A stretch of 64,000 nt of DNA from Pirellulales bacterium (GTDB lineage Bacteria; Planctomycetota; Planctomycetia; Pirellulales; JAEUIK01): contig CBDDFU010000001.1 in the NCBI GenBank assembly GCA_965227275.1, forward strand, positions 5,050,237 through 5,114,236, read 5' to 3'. The number at the start of each line of letters is the position of its first letter. The stretch's first letter is position 1. The position numbers and the translations under genes are program-made. Under the pieces are notes generated by a model. That model searched no databases and had not been told where the DNA came from. It saw only the letters and a program-made list of their open reading frames with translations. This document shows, one piece after another, positions 54,456-64,000 of this stretch.

Positions 54456-56531
54456 CTATTCGATTGCGAATGGTGTTGAATGTGCGGTGAAACGCTTTAC
54501 TTCACCACCGGCCTTGTAGCGGCCATAGTGCACAATTCGGTAAGTGCCCGGGGGTGTTTCCTCGGTGGTCGTCCATTCGATGGTGACCTGGAATGGATCG
54601 GAAGACGTGCTGTAGGGGGGCGGCGCTAGATCGAGAATGCGGCGCTGCTGCTTGTTCTTGCTTCCATTGCCAGAGGAGATGCGGCGCCATGTTGCGGTCG
54701 TATCCCAATCGTTATCGACGCGGACGATCTTCCATTGGTCCGAGTCTCCCTCCCGTTGTTCGATTGCCAAGAACGCATCTTCGCGATCGTATTCATTGAC
54801 GGGACTGCCGGTCCAGAACGTGGCCGAAACCGTTTCCCCAGTCGAATATCGTTCTCCTAGTTCCGCCAAAGGGTCCCCGAACTTGGCGCCTTCTGGTGTG
54901 GTTTCGTCGGGGCCGTTTAGATTCGTCTGTCGGTGCGGTCTGGTGCGCATGTCGACCGGTTCGGCGCTCGACTCAACCGACTCGTCGCCCGATAAGGCTT
55001 TCGCTAGTTTCACGAATTCCTGCCGATAGGCTGCCTCGGTCCAGGGGCCGAACAAAGTATGTCCGCCCTCGTACTGCTGCAGTTGGTATTCGTGCCAGGT
55101 TGTGACGTAACCCGCCAAATCGTTTGCGTAGCCCGCAACGACGACAAGCTCAGGTGATACCCCCAAGGCGCTGCCAACAGCCGCTCGGAATCTTCGACCC
55201 GTCATGGTGGTGAATTCAGCCGGGCCGACGACCAGGACGATTTGCCCCAATTGCACAACCGAGAGCGGTAACACCTGCTCATGCATGGGTGGCTCGGCCA
55301 GTCCAGTGGCAATCAAGACTGCCTTCGGTTTTTGCCGTTCGAGAAACTCCTCGGTCGGTTTGATTTTCGGCATCACCAGCCGAATCAACGTTTCGATTCC
55401 CGGGTCGGTCTCCGTCATCCCTTCCCGAAACAATGGGTGCCCGCCTCCTTCGGCGTCAGAACCTGCCGCGAACGAGTAGCCCCAGGCCGAAGGAGATGTC
55501 TGCCGATTGCCTTCGCTTGTGAATGCTTCACTCACGCTGACCTGAGAGAAATCCACGAACCGGTGCTGAATCTTGATTGGGCCCTGCAGCCGCTGCCTGG
55601 CCGAATCACACAGTTGGCGAGCCGTCTCCGCCTGTCGAGTTCCGATCATGGCACAGCTTTCAACTTCGGTCTGACCGGGGCCCGTGCCGTCCAGGTTGAG
55701 GTTGGGTGTCGCATCGCCCGCATTGCTGTTCGCGAAGGCGGCGACAAACTCACCGAGTTGATCGCCATCGGCGTTATGCTCTTTTTCGATGACATATGCG
55801 GCATAGCCTTTGTTGTCGCTGGTAATCAGCTTCGAGTTGTAGCTGATCGACGTGGGATGAACCGCAAACCAGTTCAGCAGCCCGATGGCGCCGTCGTCGC
55901 GAACGAATTTGAGCAGGGTCATGCCTTTGTCGACGGGATGTTCGTATCGGGCGCGTTCTTCCTTCGGGTTGTTGCGGTAGGCGATGTGCGAGCGATTCGC
56001 GTTTGCGTCGAAGACTTCGCCCTGCGCCAAGAAAATACTGCCCGGCTTCAGGTCGGCATCGGCCTCGGCAATCGACTCCGCAATCCCTTCGGCCAATTCA
56101 TCGAAGGCCTCGGGAAAGAAATCCCCGCCGAGCATGCTCACCGAGAGATGGTGGTGATATCCACCGGGGGTGCCGTGCGTATGCGTGCCCGTCAAGATTA
56201 CGTTGGCGTGGTTGTAACGTTCGCCAAGTTTCTCTTGCAGTCGTTCCAAAACGGCCAGCTTCAACGTGTGGGTGACAAATGCCAATTCGCAGGTGGTGAT
56301 CGCCAAGCGAGAATTGTCTTCCGGATCAGCGATCACGAATGTCCTGGCATATTGATGCTGACGAAGCCCCTCGCTGACTTGCTGAGGGTGCACATAGCCC
56401 AGCATCTGGATGCCCCACACCGGGAGCGTGATGTCGCTCTTGGAGCGGCCGATCAAGTAATCGTTCGCGACACCTAGTTGGGCGGTAATCAATGCGACGA
56501 GAATGCCTACGAGTGACAGCTTCATTGTCAT
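54456..56531 (-). CDS. neutral/alkaline ceramidase family protein
   Basis: Start at ATG 56531 or 56525 with a signal peptide. The N-terminal block [27 protein letters not shown] and the [10 protein letters not shown]-type histidine block are typical of neutral ceramidases. Confidence 0.8.
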   Translation of the reverse strand: MTMKLSLVGILVALITAQLGVANDYLIGRSKSDITLPVWGIQMLGYVHPQQVSEGLRQHQYARTFVIADPEDNSRLAITTCELAFVTHTLKLAVLERLQEKLGERYNHANVILTGTHTHGTPGGYHHHLSVSMLGGDFFPEAFDELAEGIAESIAEADADLKPGSIFLAQGEVFDANANRSHIAYRNNPKEERARYEHPVDKGMTLLKFVRDDGAIGLLNWFAVHPTSISYNSKLITSDNKGYAAYVIEKEHNADGDQLGEFVAAFANSNAGDATPNLNLDGTGPGQTEVESCAMIGTRQAETARQLCDSARQRLQGPIKIQHRFVDFSQVSVSEAFTSEGNRQTSPSAWGYSFAAGSDAEGGGHPLFREGMTETDPGIETLIRLVMPKIKPTEEFLERQKPKAVLIATGLAEPPMHEQVLPLSVVQLGQIVLVVGPAEFTTMTGRRFRAAVGSALGVSPELVVVAGYANDLAGYVTTWHEYQLQQYEGGHTLFGPWTEAAYRQEFVKLAKALSGDESVESSAEPVDMRTRPHRQTNLNGPDETTPEGAKFGDPLAELGERYSTGETVSATFWTGSPVNEYDREDAFLAIEQREGDSDQWKIVRVDNDWDTTATWRRISSGNGSKNKQQRRILDLAPPPYSTSSDPFQVTIEWTTTEETPPGTYRIVHYGRYKAGGEVKRFTAHSTPFAIE

Positions 56532-56819
56532 ATTCGGATCCAGAAGGTTTCTACGCTTGGGGTCATCGATATCCGGATGCGAGTCCAGGAATCGCATCAG
56601 AATCCATTCCGCAGATTGTACCCTGCCGAGCGACGCGGTTCCTCTGTTCGGCGTGCGACATAAATTTGGCGTGCCCGAGGCATTCCAGAGTCGGAACTGA
56701 GGAGAATCCTGCAATCACCATCAAAGAAGGAGCTAGCCCAGCAGGCCCCGGGGCGATGGATTTGAGGCACGCAGCTGGTGTTTTCGCCGGCTAGCAGACT
56801 TCGACATATTCAGACTTTT

Positions 56820-58016
56820 CTACTGAGGTCCACTCAACCCCAGGAGAGCGCTGTGAAGCCAGAGGAATGCGTACAAGTCGCTGGCAATCTTTGCATGGGC
56901 CATGGCCGTGGGGTGCATGGTATCCATGAACTGCTCTTCGAGCGACAAGGAAGGCTGGTGCAGACTCGGGTGTGCGTCGAACAACGGTATGCCCCGACTC
57001 TCACAAAACTCGGTAAGCAGGCACTTGTGGGGTTGGGTGAAGCGATAGGAGGGGTGAATGATGACGAGTTGGATCCCATGCTCTTCGCAAAAATCTGCCA
57101 TCTCATGAAGAATCTGCCGTCGCTCAGCCGAACTGACTCTTCTGGGTAGCTGCGACTCATCGATCTCGTCCGGCTTTCCTTCTTGAGTCCCTACGAGCCT
57201 GGGTGAGATGCCGATTTGATCTAGCTGAGATCTCAGCGTCGGGTCAATCGCACGGTCATCCTGTCCCTGCGAAGCGGCGACGTCGGCCATGCGCTGCGTT
57301 TCGATTTGATACTGGATGAACCGAAAGATCGCGGAATAGGCCAGCAAGCCTCTACTGAGCTTTCCGCTCAGCGATTCGTAAATTTCGCGGTCGGACTTGC
57401 TGAGCCCCAGTTTCTGTGTGCTCCCGGAGCTGCGATAGCTTGTCGGAAGGTAGTCGTTGAACTCGTGGTAAAACAACACCATGTCGGGCTTCAGCTTGAT
57501 CCCCCGCTCCTTGAGAAACATCAAGCTTTGAAACGAGGACCATGCCGGTACGCCCGCATTGATCACTTGGAACTGCTGTTTCGTGCCCGCCTCGGAGTTG
57601 AGCATCGCTTCGAGTCGTGCACTGTAGGTGTCGTCGTTTCCGACACCATAGCCGTAAGTTGTGCTCTCTCCCAACGACAGGATGCGGTACTCATCGGCGC
57701 GCTTGTCGAGAGAGACTTCGCGGTTTCGTAACCCCAGGCTGTTGGTCCGGTACCCGGCCGATTGATTGGCGTAGTCGTAGCGTTGCGAGGGAACCAACGA
57801 CCACATGAGGGTCGCATCTGGGCGTAGCATCCCTGCGAGTTCTTCTGGCAAGGGGATACTGCTCTTCGTGGGCCTGGTTGCCTCGGTGAGGCGAAGAATT
57901 AATTCCAAACCTGATACGAGAGCGACGGCTGGCAGCAGAGCAAAGACCGTGAACTTCAGCCACGAGCGGAAGGTGGACCGACCACTACGCAATGGATGAC
58001 TAAGGTGAGTTGACAT
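56820..58016 (-). CDS. membrane-anchored SGNH/GDSL-like hydrolase, paralog 1
   Basis: N-terminal TM helix. Block I-like ILSLGESTTYGYG, block III-like HEFND, block V-like DTMHPTAMAH. I chose the start at ATG 58016; upstream ATGs also exist. Confidence 0.6.
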   Translation of the reverse strand: MSTHLSHPLRSGRSTFRSWLKFTVFALLPAVALVSGLELILRLTEATRPTKSSIPLPEELAGMLRPDATLMWSLVPSQRYDYANQSAGYRTNSLGLRNREVSLDKRADEYRILSLGESTTYGYGVGNDDTYSARLEAMLNSEAGTKQQFQVINAGVPAWSSFQSLMFLKERGIKLKPDMVLFYHEFNDYLPTSYRSSGSTQKLGLSKSDREIYESLSGKLSRGLLAYSAIFRFIQYQIETQRMADVAASQGQDDRAIDPTLRSQLDQIGISPRLVGTQEGKPDEIDESQLPRRVSSAERRQILHEMADFCEEHGIQLVIIHPSYRFTQPHKCLLTEFCESRGIPLFDAHPSLHQPSLSLEEQFMDTMHPTAMAHAKIASDLYAFLWLHSALLGLSGPQ

Positions 58017-58467
58017 CGATAACGACCACATACGGGATGTGGACTCTGGACGGATGTGCCCAGTATCGATTTCATCCTCATGAGTCCGTTCACCTGGTCT
58101 GGCCAAGACAGGTTAAGCAGCAACAGATTCTAGCAATCGGAAACAAAGGAACAATACTCTTCGCATGCAATTCACATTCGTATACTCACGCAATTACTAC
58201 GAATGGGGGTCAGGCTAGGTCGGTGTCGTTCGAAGAGAGCCATGCGAGGTTCTTCGGCAAAGCTTTCGCTCGCATGCGCTACGGCTTGGAACTGTTTGAT
58301 GTCGAGAGCGTGCAGCGCGAGATCGTGATACCCGTTTCCTAGGCGATCTCTTGCAATAGGTTAACCACAACACGTCTTGAAGCTTCGTCTAAGGCGGACA
58401 TCGCCCTGGAGAGAATCTCTTGGGCCCCTACGCAGCCGTACCCCATCCACGCATAAGCAGGCATTGA

Positions 58468-59715
58468 TCACTGAGGATTGGAGACCGTCTCTTGCGGTGC
58501 TCCTATTTCCGGGAAGAAGCCATTGCTTCGGAGGAACGCGAATAAGTCTGCGGCAAGTAAGGCGTGGGCCGAAGCGGTGGGATGGAGATTATCGATAAAC
58601 TGTTCTTCAGAAGTTAGCAAAGGTTGATGCAAGCTTTCGTGTGCGTCGAACATCGGCACACCTCGGCTCCTGCAGAACTCGGTAAGCAGACACTCGTGGG
58701 GGTGAGTGTATCGGTAGGAAGGGTGAATGATGACGAGTTCAATGCCGTGTTCGTCGCAGAAGTCGGCTATTTCCTGAAGGATCTGCTTCCGTTCCGTCGG
58801 GCTAACCCTCCGCGGTAATTGAGTTTCGTCGATTGCGTCCGCTTCGCCTTCTTGCGCCAATCTGGGCAAAAAACCGGTATTCGCACCCATTCCAATCTGC
58901 TCCAGTTGCCAACCAAACTCTTCGTCCATCATCCAGTCCGCTTGAGTCTGCATGGCGGAAACGCTGTTCATGCGGTGCGTCTCGACTCGGTATTGGATGA
59001 AGCGAAAAATGGCGGAGTGGGCAAGCAAGCTTCGACTTAGTTTTCCGAGAAACGATTCGTAAATCTCGCGATCGGTTTTGCTGAGTCCTTGATTCTGCGT
59101 GCTGTTGGAAGTGCGGTAGCTGGTAGGAAGGTAGTCGTTGTACTCATTGTAGAGCAGCACCATGTCAGGCCTCAGTTTGATGCCTCGCTCTTTGAGGAAC
59201 AACAAACTCTGGAACGACGACCAGGCCGGAACACCGGCGTTGATTACCCGGAATTCTTGTTCGCTGCCCCCAGCGTTCAACAATGCTTCAAGCTGGGCAC
59301 TATAGGTTTCGTCGTTCGCGACGCCGTATCCGTAGGTTGTGCTCTCGCCGAGCGAGAGAATGCGGTACTCGTTGTCTTCTTTCTCGGGCGAGATTTCTCG
59401 ACTCCGCAACCCCATGCTATTGGTGCGGTAGCCCGACGGATGATTCGCGTACTCGAGGTCCTGTGACGGAACCAAGGACCACATCAAGGTTGCATCGGGA
59501 CGTAGCATGCCGGACAACTCTTCCGGCAAAGGGATGCTGCCTTTCGTTGGTCTCGATGCCTCGGTGATGCGAAGGATCACTTCCAGGCTTGTGATGAGTA
59601 CGACCGCAGGAATCAACGCGAAGATCGTGAGCTTGAGCCATCTTCGTAACGTGGACAATTTCGATTGCGACTTGGTTTGCGATGGTTGTTCGATCTGATC
59701 AGACATGGAAATCAA
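58468..59715 (-). CDS. membrane-anchored SGNH/GDSL-like hydrolase, paralog 2
   Basis: Collinear with 56820..58016 and, by eye, identical at most positions in the conserved core. It has the same ILSLGESTTYGYG and DNLHPTASAH blocks. Confidence 0.6.
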   Translation of the reverse strand: MISMSDQIEQPSQTKSQSKLSTLRRWLKLTIFALIPAVVLITSLEVILRITEASRPTKGSIPLPEELSGMLRPDATLMWSLVPSQDLEYANHPSGYRTNSMGLRSREISPEKEDNEYRILSLGESTTYGYGVANDETYSAQLEALLNAGGSEQEFRVINAGVPAWSSFQSLLFLKERGIKLRPDMVLLYNEYNDYLPTSYRTSNSTQNQGLSKTDREIYESFLGKLSRSLLAHSAIFRFIQYRVETHRMNSVSAMQTQADWMMDEEFGWQLEQIGMGANTGFLPRLAQEGEADAIDETQLPRRVSPTERKQILQEIADFCDEHGIELVIIHPSYRYTHPHECLLTEFCRSRGVPMFDAHESLHQPLLTSEEQFIDNLHPTASAHALLAADLFAFLRSNGFFPEIGAPQETVSNPQ

Positions 59716-59904
59716 CCACGCGCGGAAAGTCGACTCCGGTCGGATGGGTAAACCAGCACGAGTTCACCGTCGGAGTCCGATCGTCTGGCCCTGCCAGGCA
59801 AGTGTCAGAATTCTAGTCGTCGCCACCATGGTAGCAACAACCCTACACTACTGCATCCGGTGTACTGCGTCACTCGATCCGTACGAAAGACGGGAGTGAT
59901 TCTT

Positions 59905-61074
59905 TCAATGCCGCTGGAAAAGGGCGTTGCGAAGTTCCTCCGCAAAGCTGGCACTCGATTGCACCACGGCCTGGAACTGTTCGTTGTCCAAGGCGTACAA
60001 CTCCAGGTCGGTGGTTGCGCGTACCGTGGCGTTGCGAGGCTCGCCGGTCAATAGCGCGGCTTCCCCGAAGTAGTCTCCGCTACCCAGATTGGCCACGATT
60101 TTCTTTTCACCATCGGTCTCGATCTCCACTTCAACTTTACCTTCTCGGATCAAGTAGAAGCTGTCGCCCGGGTCGCCCTGGCGCACGATCGACGTGCCGG
60201 GTGGGTGACTTTCGAATCGCATTTGGTCGGCCACCTGCGCCAACGTTCCAGGGGTAAGGTGCTCGAACACAGGGCTCTTGCCCAGGAATTCGCAGATCAC
60301 CTCCGACTCGACAACCAGCACGTCGGAAATGATGCTGCCGTCGACCATGTTCACGATGCGATCGGCGGCGTCCAGGATTCGATTGTCGTGCGTGACCATC
60401 AGGATCGTGCTGCCATTCTCCTCGGCAAACTCACGCAGCAGGTTCACCACATCGCGTCCCGAGGCTTTGTCCAAGGCGGCGGTTGGTTCGTCGGCCAAGA
60501 TCAGCTTGGGATGATTGGCCAGCGCTCGGGCAATTGCCACGCGCTGTCGCTGGCCCCCGGAAAGCGCCGACGGTTTGTAGTCGATTCGATGCCCGAGCCC
60601 CAATCGGGTCAGCATCTCCTTGCCACGTTCGTCCATCGTTTTCGGGGAGATGTCCGTCAGCTCCATCGACATCCGGACATTCTGCATGGCCGTCAGCGAC
60701 CCAAACAGGTTGTGGGCCTGGAAGATGAACCCAATTCCCCGACGCAACTGCACGAGCTGGTTTGAACTCAGCCCCTGCAGTTCTTGCCCCAGAATTTTGA
60801 GGCTCCCCTCCTGCACGGTTCGCAATGCTCCGATCAAGGTGAGCAACGTGGTTTTCCCCGAGCCCGAGGGGCCGGTCATGATGACGATTTCGCCCCCGTG
60901 TAGATCAAGGCTGTTCTCGAACAGGACCTGTTTGCGCAGTTCGCCATCGCCGAAGTAATGGTTCAAGCCACGCACCGCCACGGTCACTTGTCGCTTCTTT
61001 GTGGAAGCAAACCCCGCCGGTGGGTTTGTGCCAGGTTGAGGTTCAGGGTTGTTGTTGGGAGTTTCGCTCATCAA
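59905..61074 (-). CDS. DevA-family ABC exporter ATPase fused to a C-terminal cyclic-nucleotide-binding domain
   Basis: GLNHYFGDGELRKQVLF...GPSGSGKTTLLTLIGALR (Walker A), LSGGQRQRVAIARAL, ILADEPT. The C-terminal ~120 aa has the cNMP-binding signature GDYFGEAALLTGEPRNATVRA. Its start overlaps the upstream gene's stop. Confidence 0.85.
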   Translation of the reverse strand: MMSETPNNNPEPQPGTNPPAGFASTKKRQVTVAVRGLNHYFGDGELRKQVLFENSLDLHGGEIVIMTGPSGSGKTTLLTLIGALRTVQEGSLKILGQELQGLSSNQLVQLRRGIGFIFQAHNLFGSLTAMQNVRMSMELTDISPKTMDERGKEMLTRLGLGHRIDYKPSALSGGQRQRVAIARALANHPKLILADEPTAALDKASGRDVVNLLREFAEENGSTILMVTHDNRILDAADRIVNMVDGSIISDVLVVESEVICEFLGKSPVFEHLTPGTLAQVADQMRFESHPPGTSIVRQGDPGDSFYLIREGKVEVEIETDGEKKIVANLGSGDYFGEAALLTGEPRNATVRATTDLELYALDNEQFQAVVQSSASFAEELRNALFQRH

Positions 61075-62231
61075 AACAGCTCCGCCGGATCGGCCGAACG
61101 AACTTTACGAATCGCTAGGAAACCCGAGGCGACACACATCGCCACGGTGAGCATCAACACAACAAACGTTCTTCCAATGGTCAGCCTCATCAGCAACCCG
61201 GTCCACGCTCCGATGCCCTGATACAAGATCGCGCTGGCAATCAGCCCGGGGATGAAGCCCAGCATGGCAAGCAAGAGCGCCTGCTGGATCACAACCGCCA
61301 AAAAATAATTGAACGAATAGCCCATCGCCTTGAGCGTGGCAAACTCAGGCATGAAGTCTTCAAGTTGCGAGAATAGAACCTGGTAGCAGATGATTACCCC
61401 GACGATAAACCCCATGACGGTGCCCATCCCAAACACCACGCCCACCGGGGTGCTGCGTTGCCAGAACGAACGCTCCTGTCGCACCATCTCGGGCTTCGAG
61501 AGCACATCCACGTCTCGAGGCAGAACCGCTTGTAGAGCGTTCACGACCGATTGCACATCTTGCCCTTCTGCGACTTGGATCAGCCCCAGGTCTACATCGT
61601 CCAGCGTAGGTGTATTTCCCGCTCGCATTGGGAAGTAACGATCAAAATTTCGTTCGCTGACAATCAGATTCCCATCGTTCATGAAGTCGGTCGCCAGATT
61701 GAACTGTCCAACAATCTTCATCCGCTTACCTGTCAGTTCGCTTTCCACCCCCGGACCGATGGGCCCATAGATCGACTTCGACTGTCGATCGCTGATGGCA
61801 GTCAGCGGTGAACTCAAGGCCTTGGCGTGGTCTTCGATCTCAGGCAGTAGCAGTACCGGCTGGCTCGTGTCGAACCCGATGACGCGAATCCATCGCGGCA
61901 AACCGTCCTCGACACTCCGCCACACGGCCAGGGTTGGTTCGAGATACAGCGGGTATGTGGTTGCCACCCCTTCGCAGGCTTCCGCCTGACGCAAACGACG
62001 AATGGAAAACCCTTCGCGGTTGACCAGCGAATAGCGATTCGTGCTCTTCAAAAAGATGTCTGCGTTGCAGCGTTCGAGTAATTCCACGGTGCTGTCCAAC
62101 AACGCGAAGTAGAACCCCACCTGCGCGCACATCAGCAGCACTGCGAAGCCGATGCCAGCGGCCGCGATTAGCAGCCGGCGTCGATCGCTGATGAGGTTGT
62201 ACCAGGCTAGTGGAACGCGTCGTCTGCGCAT
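61071..62231 (-). CDS. DevC-family (FtsX-like) ABC exporter permease, copy 2
   Basis: 386 aa. N-terminal PLAWYNLISDRRRLLIAAAGIGFAVLLM, a large periplasmic loop and a C-terminal FtsX-type 3-helix bundle. Confidence 0.8.
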   Translation of the reverse strand: MRRRRVPLAWYNLISDRRRLLIAAAGIGFAVLLMCAQVGFYFALLDSTVELLERCNADIFLKSTNRYSLVNREGFSIRRLRQAEACEGVATTYPLYLEPTLAVWRSVEDGLPRWIRVIGFDTSQPVLLLPEIEDHAKALSSPLTAISDRQSKSIYGPIGPGVESELTGKRMKIVGQFNLATDFMNDGNLIVSERNFDRYFPMRAGNTPTLDDVDLGLIQVAEGQDVQSVVNALQAVLPRDVDVLSKPEMVRQERSFWQRSTPVGVVFGMGTVMGFIVGVIICYQVLFSQLEDFMPEFATLKAMGYSFNYFLAVVIQQALLLAMLGFIPGLIASAILYQGIGAWTGLLMRLTIGRTFVVLMLTVAMCVASGFLAIRKVRSADPAELF

Positions 62232-62239
62232 GACTGCTC

Positions 62240-63373
62240 TTAAAACAAGTCGGCCGGGTCGGCCACGGTAATCTTACGTAAGGCCGCCAGGCCAGAGAGT
62301 GTACACATGGCGAGTGAAATCCCCAGCACCAGCGCCGCCCTGCCCCAGGTCATCGCAATCGGAATGTTGGCTGCCGAGGAAGTTACTCGATAAAGCATCT
62401 CCGCCAGAAGGATGGCCGGGAAATAACCCAGCACACCAAGAATAATGGCCTCTTGCAAAACGAACTTCGCCAATTGCCGGGGGCCATAACCTACGGCTTT
62501 CAATGTGGCGTATTCAGAACGATGGTTGGTGATATCGGCCGAGAGCACCTGGTAAACGATGGCCACCCCGACGATCACCGCCACAACGGTTCCCAACCCA
62601 AAGATGACGCCAACTGAGGTGGTGACGAGCCAGAATCGCCGTTCTCGGAAATTGATTTCATCGCGGGTGAGTACCCGTGTGTCCGGCGGCAGTATTTGCT
62701 TCAGTTCTTCGGCCACCTTTTTGGGATCGGCACCGGGTTCCAACCGAACGAGACCAAGGTTCACTTGCCGGATGCTTTGATAGGGAAACAATCGTGCGAA
62801 CCCTTGATCGCCTAGAAGAATGGCACCGTCGGCGCAGAAACCGGTTCCCAGGGTGAACTGCCCTGCGATCTCCACCTGTTGCCCGCCGACTTCGGTTTGT
62901 ATCCCGGGGCGTTGCGGGCCGAACTCCGGGCGGGAATTCGTGTCAATCAATACCGCGTTGGCCCGTCCCAAGGCTGCGTAGTCGGGCTTGGTATCTGCCT
63001 TGAGGTTGAACACCTCGTTCGGGTTGCGCGTTCCGAGCACAAGGATGCCGCGGCCCCGGAGTGTACTCGGGTGTCGCCAGACATTCAGGCCGATGTACAG
63101 GGGCTGAACGTCGACGACGTCCTTGAGTGCGGAAACTTGATGGAGGCGCTGACGGGGAAATGTTCCCGTCTTGCGAATATCGATGTACTCGGGCGAAGTA
63201 ATCAGGACATCGAAGCGGAGTTGGTCGTAGATGATGGTGGCCGTCGTCACGACCGAGCCCAGGAAGCCCAACTGCATGAGAATGAGCACCAGGGCAAAAA
63301 TCACCCCCGCCGTCGCCACTAGCGTGCGGCCCTTCTCGTGCATCAGGTTATGCCAGGCAAGCTGTGTTTTCAT
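62240..63373 (-). CDS. DevC-family (FtsX-like) ABC exporter permease, copy 1
   Basis: 377 aa. QLAWHNLMHEKGRTLVATAGVIFALVLILMQ. Same architecture as the adjacent paralog. Confidence 0.8.
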   Translation of the reverse strand: MKTQLAWHNLMHEKGRTLVATAGVIFALVLILMQLGFLGSVVTTATIIYDQLRFDVLITSPEYIDIRKTGTFPRQRLHQVSALKDVVDVQPLYIGLNVWRHPSTLRGRGILVLGTRNPNEVFNLKADTKPDYAALGRANAVLIDTNSRPEFGPQRPGIQTEVGGQQVEIAGQFTLGTGFCADGAILLGDQGFARLFPYQSIRQVNLGLVRLEPGADPKKVAEELKQILPPDTRVLTRDEINFRERRFWLVTTSVGVIFGLGTVVAVIVGVAIVYQVLSADITNHRSEYATLKAVGYGPRQLAKFVLQEAIILGVLGYFPAILLAEMLYRVTSSAANIPIAMTWGRAALVLGISLAMCTLSGLAALRKITVADPADLF

Positions 63374-63494
63374 GCGACGAGTGTTTCGGTTTGGCTCGTT
63401 GCAGCCTGGGGCGAAGTGCCAGCATGGCTGTGGGGAGTTCCTGCACGTGAAGATCGAACGCCATTATGCGACGATCGAATCGTGGTCGGAGTAT

Positions 63495-64000
63495 TTACGT
63501 TGAATCACTGCCCGACGGCGCCGGAGTTTCGTTCAGAGCAGCTTCCTCGGTGGGTTGATTTTCGTCCGTGTCCGATTCGGAATTGCTCGATGCTGTTGTC
63601 TTGATTGAAACGGAAACCTGAAGATTCAACAAATGCTCGACAGCGGTGCCGTCGTCGACTCGGATCAAGACTTCGACAACACGGGCGTCCGTACGGGCTC
63701 GCGTGGGGTCGAGATTCATCAGGCTGTTCTGAGCTACCGTCGAACCAATCGCCTCGACCGTACCGGTTAGCATCTCGACGGAGGTGGGAAGCGCGTCGCT
63801 GAATATTTCCGCCTTCTGGCCGACTTCGACCCAGCGAATGTCCGTCTCGTATACCTCGGCCACGGCGACGATCTCCGACGTGTCGGTCATCTGGAGCACC
63901 GGCCGCTGACCGATGGTTTCGCCCGACTTCGTGAATATCTTGACGATTCGGCCCGCAATGGGAGCCCGGATGATGCTCATTTCCACTTGCTGCCTGGCTA
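63495..64000 (-). CDS. HlyD/DevB-family membrane fusion protein, 5' end outside window
   Basis: The frame is open to the window edge. IRAPIAGRIVKI beta-barrel/lipoyl region is typical of HlyD-family adaptors. Low-complexity acidic C-terminus. Confidence 0.7.
   Translation of the reverse strand, partial: ARQQVEMSIIRAPIAGRIVKIFTKSGETIGQRPVLQMTDTSEIVAVAEVYETDIRWVEVGQKAEIFSDALPTSVEMLTGTVEAIGSTVAQNSLMNLDPTRARTDARVVEVLIRVDDGTAVEHLLNLQVSVSIKTTASSNSESDTDENQPTEEAALNETPAPSGSDST

Noticed and set aside
55281-56477. 398-aa plus-strand ORF
   Set aside because: It lies entirely antisense to the neutral ceramidase, which has clear family motifs. The translation is Arg/Gly/Val-rich, typical of antisense frames in GC-rich DNA.

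Overview
This 64 kb window looks like a Planctomycetota (Pirellula-like) chromosome segment. I infer that from the PSCyt/DUF1549/DUF1553 + DUF1501 gene pair, the sulfatase and the giant TPR proteins; it is not proven. All calls come from reading the ORF translations and the DNA by eye, with no searches run. The window has three blocks.

1. **Bases 1-13.3 kb:** an amino-acid decarboxylation/antiport cluster. It holds two tandem large PLP Orn/Lys/Arg decarboxylases, two APC-family transporters, a putative porin and an uncharacterised Cys/His-motif protein. A TetR regulator follows, translationally coupled to a redoxin/cytochrome c/Cu-monooxygenase-like fusion protein.

2. **Bases 13.9-31.1 kb:** a heavily decayed integrative element anchored at tRNA-Ala(CGC).
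   - Its tyrosine integrase carries two in-frame stops, one frameshift and an IS1380-family insertion.
   - It also has an excisionase-like HTH, a primase-polymerase/SF3-helicase gene preceded by an iteron-like repeat region, and two IS3-family elements (one inactivated by a 10-bp tandem duplication).
   - A second, near-identical IS1380 copy is present.
   - Two orphan cargo genes (1291 aa and 491 aa) have no function I can assign. These are my best candidates for something undescribed.

3. **Bases 31.2-64 kb:** core-like genes.
   - Glutathione peroxidase, the DUF1501/PSD1 pair and a hemolysin-III family protein.
   - A DnaG-Toprim/DnaB-like fusion with degenerate catalytic motifs, and a DUF481 outer-membrane protein.
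   - A 1924-aa lipoprotein TPR-CHAT protease next to a BepA-like M48 protease and a YbjN-like protein.
   - A TMTC/PMT-like TPR membrane protein, a sulfatase, a neutral ceramidase and two tandem SGNH paralogs.
   - A DevBCA-type ABC exporter whose ATPase carries a cyclic-nucleotide-binding domain.

I recognised no rRNA genes and no CRISPR array.
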